A program made the translations under genes and the position numbers. Shown in pieces: positions 34,537 through 46,400 of a DNA stretch of 64,000 nucleotides (the stretch's first letter is position 1; every line of letters begins with the position of its first letter). Origin of the DNA: Amoebophrya sp. A120 (taxonomy: Eukaryota; Protista; Dinoflagellata); assembly GCA_905178155.1 (NCBI GenBank), contig CAJINV010000015.1, positions 1,336,513 through 1,400,512 of the forward strand. Reading direction: 5' to 3'. The notes under the pieces were generated by a model that was given only the letters and a program-made list of their open reading frames with translations, was not told where the DNA came from and did no database searches.

Positions 34537-36747
34537 GGGCTAATGAAATTCTGTTGTTCAAAAATCTTCACGATAGGTTCTAAATTATTCTGTTTCTGAT
34601 GTACAACTCGTAGCACAATTAACGAAGCACTTTTATTTTCACAAGCGGTGTGGGGCTTTTACTATGCTTGCAAAACAATCTCTACTGGCGCCGCATGCAA
34701 CAGAACGTCGCAACTGTGTCAAAAGGCGCATGCTTTGCGCATGGCAAGTTTTTCAACAATAATTCATACTGCCGTTTGAAGAAGGGAAGCCACGATATGC
34801 GTTCGACACTGCTTTTTGCTTTCGCAAGCGGCGGAGCAGGGGTAGGTGATGTGATGTAAAGCACTTACTTTCGATTGAAATTTCTTTTCGGTTTTGCTCT
34901 GATTTCAGTTTACATACTTTTGTTTTTTTAAAACTTTACACATAACGAGAATTTTTCTAGTTTTCATCACATCTATTCCAAAGTGCTTTATTACAACCTC
35001 CAAAATTCAATTTCTTATCCCCGAGACAGGCGGTCTCATCAAACTGTTATGCTTATCTTTCTCTGTATTGCTATCCCCAAGTACTTCGTGTACGGTGTTA
35101 CTTTCTATCCCCATCCATTTCGCAGTGGTACAGGCGGTGCCCTTTCTAAGCAGCAGTAGTACCCAAATTGAATTGTTTTCTATACGAAAAGTACTTTGTC
35201 TATTTCTTTCAGATCTCTTCAGTATCAGTTCTGACTTTACAGTTTGACACAGATTACAACTTTTTATTTACAGTTTTGCATTTTCACATAACATTTTTCA
35301 TGTTGCACTCACGTGCGCCCTATTCTGATTACTTTCCGAGGCGGTACTTGCGGCTTTTCAGAAGTCGCGTTATTAAAAGGTGTTGAATTTCAATTTTGTC
35401 ACATGTTACATCGTTTTTCATTCACAATACCATGCCTTTCCTTCTTTGCTGGTGCGCGTGTCGCATCTGCGTTGTACAAATTTTTCGAGTACGGATCCTC
35501 ACTAATTCAAGAACATCTCTGTGACCTAGGGAATTCTGCTCTTCTAACTCGGGAGATACTACCTACCAAAAAACCAAAAAACACAAAAAAAGCACGGCCT
35601 CTCATATGTCTATCTTGCTTTCGCACTAATCAACTAGCTACTCTATCTCTAATATCTCTAACAAGCTCTTGTCTACTATCACTCTCAGCACTTCTTGTTT
35701 TGCATACTTTGAACGAGCACTACATGTACGTATTCAGCGGTATCCTATCAGCTCTACTTGTTGCAAAAATCATTCGCGAAAAGTTGATTATAGTGCCAGG
35801 AAGATCTTCTGTGAAAAACCATTGAAATTATCCGATTGATTTTGCCATTGTCACAGCACGCATTTTTTTAAAGGTTCGAAGACGAAAAATTCCAAAGCCA
35901 TAATTACTTTGATTGGAACTTCTACTAGCGCTGTACTTTTTACCGTTTCCACGCAAAATTTCCAATAGTAGTTGTAGTTTTCAACCTTTTATTCCAAGTG
36001 GACATTTTTTCGTTTCTGCTCTCTGCTCTAACCACTGTAGTGACAATGGTAATTTTCACATCGCTAAAAAGCAGCAGCACCAAAACTTTGTGCATGTTTA
36101 CTGCAGTAGGAAATGGACCGGGAGGAGAAACTGTTTTCTGCTTTTCACAACAACTATTTCAATGGTTTTCTCAATGAAAAAATCGAAAAAAATAAGTCTT
36201 GCCGTGTCACCGGCTTTCAAGAGAGGAGAGCGCTAGGCTCCTATTGCCGCTGCGATTTTCCTGCGTTACGCCTGTGTTGATTTTCGTTTTCATCAAAGTT
36301 GTGAACTTGTTGAGTGCACTTCAAAAGGAATCGCGGAGCGAACAAGCCGCCTTGCGAAGAGCGCAAAGTGGGTCAGAGTAGGAAGAGACTTCTGAGAGCG
36401 TGCAAAGTTAGTTGTCACCCCTACTTGAGCGAAGATGATATAGCTACTTTTGTATTGTGGCAAATGGGGAGCTGCGCCTGCAAAATTGCTCGAGGTTTCA
36501 CATTTTTCGTCATGCTTTACCATTAAAATTGCTCTTTCGAACCGATACTTTCTAGCTGTAGCTGTACATACGAACAAAACAAGTTGCTGCACGACTTGTA
36601 AACTAGGAGCAGCGCTGTAGCGGAAATGCGCGCAACAATAAACATGAGGAACTCCTGGAGGCACCGACGGGGGCCACAAACACGGCAATAAATCTGCAGG
36701 AGTTCTTGTCCGAAACCAGGAGCAGCACCCCGCCCGCCTGAAACACC

Positions 36748-38292
36748 ATGGCGACTTTTGCCGCGGGCGCGGTCCCGGATATGCGCAACGCGCCGCCGGA
36801 CCCTAATGTGCAGCGGAACAAGACCCAGGCGTTGTCCACCCAACTCTCCGACCTGTTCATTGGCACGGGGCACGGGACGACCAAAACGGGAGAAGTTTAC
36901 GAGTTCGATGCTACCACCGAGGAAGACAGCCCGTGGCACTACAAATGGGCCCGGAAATGGTACATCTACCTCGGGTTTCCAGAGCCCGCGCTGCACGTAG
37001 ATCTAGAAATCGTCCGGCTGTACTTTTACTACGAGGAAAAATACGCACGAGAGCTGCTTTTCCCGCCGAAGCAACTTGCCGTGGAAGACAGTACGAAGCC
37101 GCAACCGCAGTTCAACAACTTTAACAACGTCGGTGTTGCGCATTCATCGTCAAAAAAGCAGAAACCGGTGAAGAGAAAAGACAGCTTTATGGAGAGAAGA
37201 CTGGGGACGAAAAGTTGGACGACACCGCAATTAGTCTCAAGAGTGGGAGACTTTTTCATCATCATCTCTATCATCTCAGTTCTCGTGCAAACCCATCCCA
37301 GCACGTTGGGGCACATCAAGCCGTTACATTGGTTGATTATTGACGGCTTCATCGTGGCCTACTTTTCCGTCGAGTTTGTCATGCGGTTTTACGTCTGCAA
37401 CGCGTTCGGGGCGACGAGATACCAATTTATGACGAAGCTGCTCAACGTCTGCGACTTCATGGCAATAGTTCCATATTTCGCGGTATTTTATTAGTGAGGG
37501 CGTTTTTTTTGTGTTTCAGATGCATGACCAATTTTTGCGATTGCTAGAGCTGCCCTGTGCATAATAATTGCAGATTTATTTGCAAAGCTGATGCGTTTTG
37601 TCATGCTGGTTACTTGTGGATGCAGCAATTTGTGAATTCGTCCAAAAAATCTCCCAACATCTACTCCCAAAACAGACTCTCTTCGGCGGCTCCAAGCACC
37701 TGGAAGTCCTGAAAATCTTCCGTATGGCACGGTTAATCCGGCTGCTGATGTCGATGAAGATCGGGCGGTTACTCATCGCGACCTTCCGCGTGTCCGCGAC
37801 GGCGTTGTACATTTTAATCTTCTTCATCATCGTGTCTGGTATACTGCTCGGGGCTCTGGTCTATTCCTTCGAGCGGTTATCCTGTTTCGAACCGGACACC
37901 CGGGGAGCGTTTCGTGATTTTATCACCATCCAGGGCGGGATCACGAGCAATACGCCGCACGGGGACAAGAAGATTCACTGCGCGTACGAATGCGATTCAC
38001 AAACCTTCCACGACCGGCATTTCGTGGACTACTGCTACTACTTGGTGGAAGACAAGGACATGGTGCCCTCAGAGGTCGGTCCGGACAACTTCTACGCCAT
38101 TCCCATGCACACCATCAACTTCCCGTCGATCCGCGCGAGTCTCTGGTTCACGGTGGTGACGAAAGCCACGGTCGGGTTCGGTGACATCGTGCCGGAAACG
38201 ATTGTCGGGAAATCGGTCGGTGGGCTGTTCTGTATGTTGAGCGGGATTTTGGCGATTTCTCTGCCGGTCGCGGTTTTAGGTAACACGTTCCA
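36748..38292 (+). CDS. Kv-type 6TM potassium-channel module (N-terminal part of the fused gene)
   Basis: S2 FIVAYFSVEFVMRF, S3 NVCDFMAIVPYF, S4 LKIFRMARLIRL, pore SLWFTVVTKATVGFGDIVP, S6 GILAISLPVAVLGNTF. Confidence 0.9.
37492..37660. other. Non-canonical intron / degenerate introner between Kv S3 and S4
   Basis: A 169-bp removal joins AVFY|LLPK; weak TIR; contains GCATGAC/GTCATGC. Confidence 0.6.
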
Positions 38293-38554
38293 TATCAAAT
38301 GCAAGAATTTCTGGGGCTGGAAGAGTGCAAGACTTGTCATGCATATTTTGAATGGCCAATGAGGTTTGGGACGCAGATCCTAGCATGACAGATTCTGCGA
38401 GGTCTCCATCATGCCTATCCTGCATAGGAAACGTCTTCTCAACTTGGTCGAAAGTGGACAGCTTTTGGTCATCATGCAACACAGATTTTTGCATGATTCT
38501 GAGTGACCACGGCAAGTTCCACTTTTCCAGCCCAAGACATATTTGCATTTGATA
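38293..38554. mobile_element. TIR introner, family A
   Basis: TSD TTCCA. Confidence 0.9.
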
Positions 38555-38666
38555 TTCCAAGACCTCGCGCAACTCCAAGACGCGAAGGACGGCGCGAGCC
38601 GGAAATTGCCGCCGTTTCGGTTCACGAATAGGCAGGTTTCAGGGTCAGACCAGGCGAGTAGTGTGC

Positions 38667-38930
38667 TATGCATTGCAAATATGTCGGGGAGTTTGGAAGG
38701 ACGCGAACTTGTCATGCTAAGTCTGGATCGTGCAAAAATTTGTGCTGCATGAGTACCAAAAGCTGTCCACTTCTGAACAAGTTTACAGGCAATTTGTCAT
38801 GCGGGATAGGCATGATAGAGACTTAGCAAAACCTGTCATGCTAGGTCCTGCATTCCAGACCTCATGGGACATGGAAAATATGCATGAGAAATTAGCATTC
38901 TTCCAGACCCAGACATATTTGCGCTGCATA
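38667..38930. mobile_element. TIR introner, family A
   Basis: TSD TGTGC. Confidence 0.9.
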
Positions 38931-39359
38931 TGTGCCACCGGTGGACAACACTTCCACCGATCCGAAGGTGTTTGACCCCGGGCGGGATGGCAGTAACCCG
39001 ATGCTGTCCATCGCACCCGGGCAGCAAGTGGAAGAAGTGCCGATGTCAAACGATCTCTACCAATCCGTGTTAGAGGGGGACGGCGGCAGTGAAAACGCGT
39101 TTGGCCCGGACGTGAACAAAAGTTCTAGTTCGGAGGAGCGGGAAAACAACGCCGCGAAAAGCGGAACAATTTCTGCAAAGAAAAACATTGGCGGGTTATT
39201 TCCGCCAGTGCAACAAGCCCAGCAGCAAACCGTCCCGCCCTCCAGTCCAGGAGCAGGAATTTTGAAGCGCCAGGCCACCGCAGAGAAGGACGAGGGCCCG
39301 AGAAAAAAGTCGGTTGCATTCGGGGAGACGAGTTTCCAGCGGTTAGGAACGGGTGGTTT

Positions 39360-39612
39360 TATGGATTGCAAAGATGTCTGGGTCTGGAAAAGTTCAAGGT
39401 TTGTCATGCTAGGCTAGCAAGACTCTTAAGTCTGTCATGCGCGTTACCCCAAGGCCCTACTTTTCTGTGATGCAAAAACGCAGTTTGTCATGCGGAATAG
39501 GCAAGGCTTAGAGGCTCAGAAACTTGTCATGCTGAGCCATCATTTGTGGCCTCCACATTCTAACTCCCTCAGCATTACAAGATTCCAGACCCAGGCATAT
39601 TTGCATTTGATA
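39360..39612. mobile_element. TIR introner, family A
   Basis: TSD GGTTT. Confidence 0.9.
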
Positions 39613-40230
39613 GGTTTACCGGGTTTACCAAACGCGAGTTCCACCGCGACCATCGGCCCGGACGACCCCCGGATGCCGCAGTCTGTTTTTGGCTCGCCGA
39701 GGAAGCAGACCAGCAGCTCGGAATCATCCGAGAACTCCGCCGTAGTCCAGCAAACGTCCGCGCAAAAAATAAAATTCCTGGCGAGGATGCCCTCGGTCGA
39801 GGATTCCGCGGCGAGTTTGGGCTTGTCGCCCATAGAAGCGCAACTCCGCATTTTGAAGTCGCTCGTGCGCCGCGCGTCCCAGACCTCCCTGGACATCCAG
39901 GGGCTGCAGATGCGACGGGAAGAAGTGAAAATTTTACTGCGGATTCAGATCGCTTTACTAGTGAAAACTCTTGTCGACCACTACACGGCGAAGCGGGCTC
40001 GGGTCGAGAGCCGGATCGAGTCGAAGCTGGCGCGGTTGGAAGAAGCGAAGAAAGATTTGAAACTGCCCCCCTCGATCCAGAAACTCGTCCTCTGCGAGGA
40101 CGCCTATGGCGCGATCGGGAAGAAGTCGAAAAAAGTGTTGGTCGTCCCCGGGAGTTCGAAAGAGGATGATTCCGGCTCGCGCAAGGACCCGGTTGGAAAA
40201 CGGTTGATCGGGAGGATTACGCGGTACAGC

Positions 40231-40496
40231 TATCAAATGCAAATATGTCTGGGTCTGGAAGAATGGAAGGTTTGTCATGCACATTTTACATGACTTCTGA
40301 TGCCTGTGATGTTGGCCTAGCATCACAGATTTTTAGAGTTCTTCGTGATGCCTATTTCGCATGAAAGATGACCTCTGCGCGCAGCACAAACTGGTCTCCT
40401 CTTGCTGGTCATGGCAATACCGGTTTATTTTTTAGAACCCAAAGACAGCATCACAAGTTCCAACTCTTCCAGACCCAGACATATTTGCAATGCATA
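40231..40496. mobile_element. TIR introner, family A
   Basis: TSD ACAGC. Confidence 0.9.
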
Positions 40497-43400
40497 ACAG
40501 CCTGCGGTATACGATTATTCCGATCACCACGTACATTTTAACACCAGAGGTGCTCGCCCGGGCGGAAGCGCTAGGAAACATGACGCAGCGGATGCAGGAT
40601 TTGATCCCTTTATCTCTCAACCTCTTCCCGAAGGAATCGAATTTCCGCCGCTACTGCTTCCGAATCGTGACTCTGAAAGTGTTCGAAACCTTCATCATCG
40701 GGGCCATTTTGGGGAACGCGGCGTTGTACTGCATCCAGGACTACAGTACGGACGACAACTGGCAGGCGAGTTTGTTGGTTGCGGGAGAGCCGGTTTTTTT
40801 GCTGATTTTCGTGATCGAGTTCCTGATGAAGATTGTCGCCTACGGTTTCTTCTACGGGAAAAACACGTATTTACGCGACGGCTGGAACTGGCTGGATTTC
40901 ACCGTTATGCATTGCAAATATGTCTGTGTCTGGAAACTTGTGATGCAAGGAAGGGACTAGTGAGCTCACTGTAATGCGCTGCCAAGCATGACAAGTTTTT
41001 TTCCTGCTTCTGAGTTGCGTATTCCGCATGAGAAACTTCGTTTTTGCATGCCGGATGGTAGTTAGGAAGTGGACCGTGTCTCCACCTAGGGGCATCGGCA
41101 GAGGCTAAATCTGTTCTAACGCCCAGGTATTGGCAGAGGCTAAATCTGTTCTAACGCCCACCCGCCAGGAGTTAAATGGTACTACTACTACTACTACTAC
41201 TGCATGACACGGAGGGGGAGCTCTTCGCGGCCATGCAGTACAGAGGTCAGAGTCATGAAAGACTAGCACGACAAATCTCGCAATCCCCCGGACCCAGACA
41301 TATTTGCATTTGATAACGGTTGTGGTTTCCGGGCTGGTGGATTTCGTGGCAACCATGATCATGACGGGCGACGACTATCAAAAGTAAAAACGTCCCCACC
41401 TCCCCATAGTCAAGTTGGTAAATCTGCAACAGAAATCTCCCAGCGTTGGGAGGTACGCATGACAAGTTATCATCTGCAGTGTAGTGCTGTTTAGCAAGGA
41501 CACCCGCATCACAAAGACGCCCGCTCATCCAGTTGACAGCATTACAAATCCCAGAACTACACGACTACACTTTCCTCTCTTGCGGATGTGCATTACAGAT
41601 TTTTTTGTAGATGCAGGGACGTTTTTAAATAGGATAACGACGACAACAGCTTCATCGCCGTTTTGCGTACCTTCCGTGTGTTGCGACCACTGCGAACTTT
41701 GTCGACCATGCCAGGGTTAAAAGCGTTGGTGGTCACGGTGTTTTCCTCTCTCCCGAAGCTCGGTTCCGCGGTGGCATATCCAGAGTGAAAACGTCTCCAC
41801 CCCAGAGTTGTCATGCAAATGTGCAAGCGAAAAATATTTCTCATGCGCAGGCCCATGGGGATCATTTTCCAGTCGTGTTTCGGAACTTGTGATGCTCCAA
41901 TCACAATGATACGCTAGATCTGTGATGCTGCTGAACTTGCTAAACAGGACTATTCTACGAGGCCAAACTTGTCATGCGCAACAGCCAAAGCTTGCTGATT
42001 TGTCTAGCAGACTTACCATCTTGCCTCTGGTGTGGGAACGTTTTTTCACAGCATATGGCGTTGTGTGTCTTCATCAACCTGATCTTCTCCTTGATCGGCA
42101 TGACGTTTTTCGGCGGGAGGTTGAATAGAAGGTGTAGGTTGTCGCAATCCCCGATAGAAATTTTGCTTCCCCCGACGTACAGTGACGAATTGGTGCGACT
42201 GTGGAACAACCACATTACTTCCACTTCTGGTGGGACGAGTAACGACTTACACGGGGCGATGCTGGAACTCGGGGACGACACCGGCACGAACAAACAGCAC
42301 TACCCGCCGGCGTATAAGGATTGGATTTCCCCGTACAATGTGTCCGCGCCTTATTTTGCGAATCCGGAATTGCACCCTTGGTTCAACTATCAAATCAATG
42401 CAAAAATGTCTGGGTCTGGAACAGTGCAAGTCTGTCATGCTTGTCTGGCATGACTCGAGAATCTGTGTAGCATAGGCACGAAAGAGCCCTCTTAACTGTC
42501 ATGCGAAAAGGCAGCTTGCCATGCGGAATACATAAGACATGGCAGCCACAAAATTTGTCATGCATAGCTGCGTCTTGCGGCACATCTACTATTCCCTTTT
42601 AGCATTACAAGTTTCCAGACCCAGACATATTCGCAATCCATATCAACCAAAACTACGAACCAGCGGTCGGGAACAACGCGCACTGGCCGGGTATCCTTCA
42701 GAACAGTACACCCAGAGCAGCAACAAAAAAGTGAACTTCTGTTGCTGTTTCTGTGTCACCACTTTGCTTTTTGATGCGGATCTGCAACAGGGGCGGTTCT
42801 CTGTCACGTGTGCATAATGGAGATCGTAATGCTGACAAGCATGACAAAGGTGTCTTAAAAGTTTGTCATGCTGAATAGGCGACAAGGGGGTGTCTGTGAC
42901 ATGGAAAACAGCATGACAAGGATATTTTTGTCTGGTGCACTACTAGGTGTACATTTCTGTAGGATACCGGGGTACACGGACAAAGTAATGTACCAAACAC
43001 TGCAGCAATTTCAAGCCGCTGTCTCCTGCACGACGTTTTGTGTCAACATGCAGGGCTTTTGGACGCAGGATGACAAAACGCAGTACTACGTGAAATTCAA
43101 GAATTATTTAGCGGGGAATCCTAGATCCGGGTTGAGCGAATTGGTCGAGACTTACAACTCCGCAAATCCGGCGAATTTGCTGCGAAAACTGGCGGAGAAC
43201 GGGTTTGACGCAGGAGTCACTTTCGACAGCAGCGGGGGAATGGTGTTGGAAGAGAAAGGAAAGAAAGAAGAAACAAGCAGTTCTTATTTGCAGCAGTCAC
43301 AGCAGCAGCTGCCCTCTGCGAAGTCGAGGAGGACAAAGAAACAGGGGAGGACGCATTTCAGGTCGAAAGCGAATAATGCGGTGAATAGTAGAAAATTGTC

Positions 43401-46400
43401 GCACTCGTCAACGAGGTCTTCTTTGCCATCAAGTGTAAAATCAAAACTCAAACGCGTGCTCACGCCGATTCAACAACTAGCGAAATTGAAAGAGGAGAAA
43501 AAGCGGAAACTAACGACAACCATCACCCATGATTCTTCTGGGTCGTTGCTCGTTACAGCGGCCCCTGCCGCGTATTACCGGTCTGCGACTTTAACCGAGG
43601 AGCAGTATGAGCTCGCTTTCCGGTTGTTTCTGAAAAGGATTTACGACCGGTACGTCAGAAGAACTTTCGGGAAGCAGAAGCAGGATTTCGAAGACAATTT
43701 AAAGTTCGTCGTGTGGCCGATCGACAACGAGCAAAGCCGGCTGTGCGGGGCCAGGTACAGCTGTGAATCCTACAAATCCGAAGACGATATGGAGGAGGAG
43801 GATTTCGAAACATTAAGGGTTTTAGGGGAAAAAACCCTAACAGTCTCCTACTCGGACAACAACCAACCGGAGTTAGCCACTAGTTGCGGCGGTAGCTACT
43901 GGGACGACACGGACCAGGTATCCAGTGCAAAAGTATCGTACTCGTACTAATGGCAGTCATGCAAAACAAATTTCTTGTTCAAGCTAAAGCAGCATGGGAA
44001 ATTCCATTTGTCATGCTGAGCTAATTTGTATTGCAATACTACGAGTGCGATACTTTTGCAATGCATACCAGGGGCCGTATCGCAAGAAGAAAACGGATAA
44101 CACGGGGTGGGGCTTTATCCTGAGCAAAAACGTCCCCGCCCCATAATCAAGTTGGTAAATCTGCAACACAAATCTCCAGGCTTTGGAAGTTGTGCATGAC
44201 AGGTTTCCATCTGCAGTGTACTGGTGGTTAGCAAGGGAAGCTGCATGAGAAAGCCACTTTCCCATCCTATTTACAGCATAACAAATGCCAGAACACGACT
44301 GGAAATGCCTCTCATGGAGATGCGCGTATACAAATGTTTCTGTCATTGCGCATTTGCATGACAGCTCTGGGGTGGGGACATTTTAACTTCGGATAGAGTT
44401 GGGCGTGAAGGGGAACGTGTACGACTTGCCCGAGGAGATTAACTTACCCGATTTACAGATGGACGAGAATTCCTTTGACAACATCTTCGTTGCGCTCCTA
44501 ACCTGTTTCGCGACCATGACGTTAGAGGGTTGGACCATCACCATGTACATGGTGCAGGATATCACACAGAAAAAAGGAGGCAGATCACATTATTTGTAAT
44601 GCAAAAACAAACGCACAGAAATGTTTGTCATGGGCGGCCCCATAGCGTGCTGCTTAGGGTATGCAAAACAGATCATTTTGTGTATTTATTTTTGCATTAC
44701 AAATACGACCTGCCTACTTTTTTCTGTGTGATACAGGACGGCGTCGCACCGGAGGGCGGGGCGGTGTTTTTCTTGCTCCTAATCGCGATCGGAAACTTCT
44801 TTTTGCTCAACATCACGCTGGCCATTGTGTTGAACAATTTCCTGGAGTCGAGTGAGCAGCAACAGAAGAAGGCGGAAAGGGACGAGTTGAAACGGCAGGA
44901 AAAGGAAGAAGACCCAGCTGCAGGTAAGTTCGAACAGCAGCGTAAGAAGCGTTTTTTTTTTGTTTACGTTGCGCAAGTAGTATCGTCGAAATTATTATCA
45001 CGCGCAAGATACAATGCTGGCCACACCTACAGCACATTCAGCTGCTGGACCATCGATGCATTTTATGTAAGAATGAGAATCAAAAAAAGCGCGGTCAAAT
45101 TACGTGACGCATAAAACAGACAATGATACCCAAGCGGAACAAAGGCGGCCCGCTGGAGGTATCAAAAAATGACGAGAGTCGTAGTTAGAAAAACATGCGC
45201 TCCTTTCTTGCAGGAGGCATGTGACAGGTGTTGACCTCTCGTGACTGAATGCAGCAAGAAAAGTCGTGAGGTAGATGTGGGCCGCATAATATCTCGCAGC
45301 TACAGATTTGGCAAATGATGATTTTTTTGAAACATGTTGCTAGAACAGTGAAACTCAATTTCTATTTTTCCACGATCGTTCTTCCACACTTCTTCACCCA
45401 GCTCCCGAGAAGAAGGAGAAAAAGAAGAAGAAGGGCGACAGCTTCGCCGCGGCAGTCCAGGCGGCGCAAACCAAAGCGGCCATCGAGAGTCACAAGAAGG
45501 CGCCGAAAGCGGACCGCTTCAAAATGTTCGGCTTCAGCGTCGGGATGCCCCCGTGGGTGGGCGCATCGCGACTGCAGAAAAAGAATAAGAATCCCGCTGC
45601 CAGCCCGAAAGCCACCCCGTACGGCGGGGGATCTTCACCGACGGCGGCGGTGATATCAAGAAGAAAATTTCCCAACCCCATATCAAAACGAAGTTTCTGA
45701 TGCTGGATTTGCGTACGCAAATCAGATTTGTCCTGCTGGAGAGGACTGCAGGCCTATCTCCAGACTGAATAGAGATGTTTTGGGCTAGGCGCCGAGCATG
45801 GCAAACGTCTAGGCTGTAGGGCGAGCAGCATCACAAACCGCCCGCAGAATGCGGCGGGGCCTGTGGGGTTGCGTTCTTGCAAGACAGAGACGATTCGTGG
45901 TCGCAAATCAGCACTGCAAATCTTCTGAGACATACCTTTTCGATATGGGGAGGGGGGAATTTTCCTTTTGATAAGTGACGCAGCAAAGTCAGCTCGTAGA
46001 GTCCCTCATCGCCGTGAACCTCGACACGCCGCAGCAGCAGCAGGTAATATGGATTGCTAATATAATCAGCCTGGGTCTGGAAGAGTGAAGCTCGTCATGC
46101 GAAGTCAACATGACAAAAAATCTGCGTTGTCCGAACATTAAAAGCCGCCCACTTGTTGCGAAGTAGAAAAAAGCTGGATTTCTCATGCGAGACAAGCATC
46201 AAAAAGGTCTCGCAAAATGTGTGAAGATGCTTGTGTTGTCGTGTGTATTGCAGATGACCATGTGCGTGGAAATCCGCGAGTAGATGCATTGCAAATCTTA
46301 ATCTTGCATATTTTCTTGTTCCAGACCCAGATACATTTGCATTCGATAGCTAAACGGCAGGTCCAATTCTCGCGACAACTTCAAGAACACACAGCCGAGG

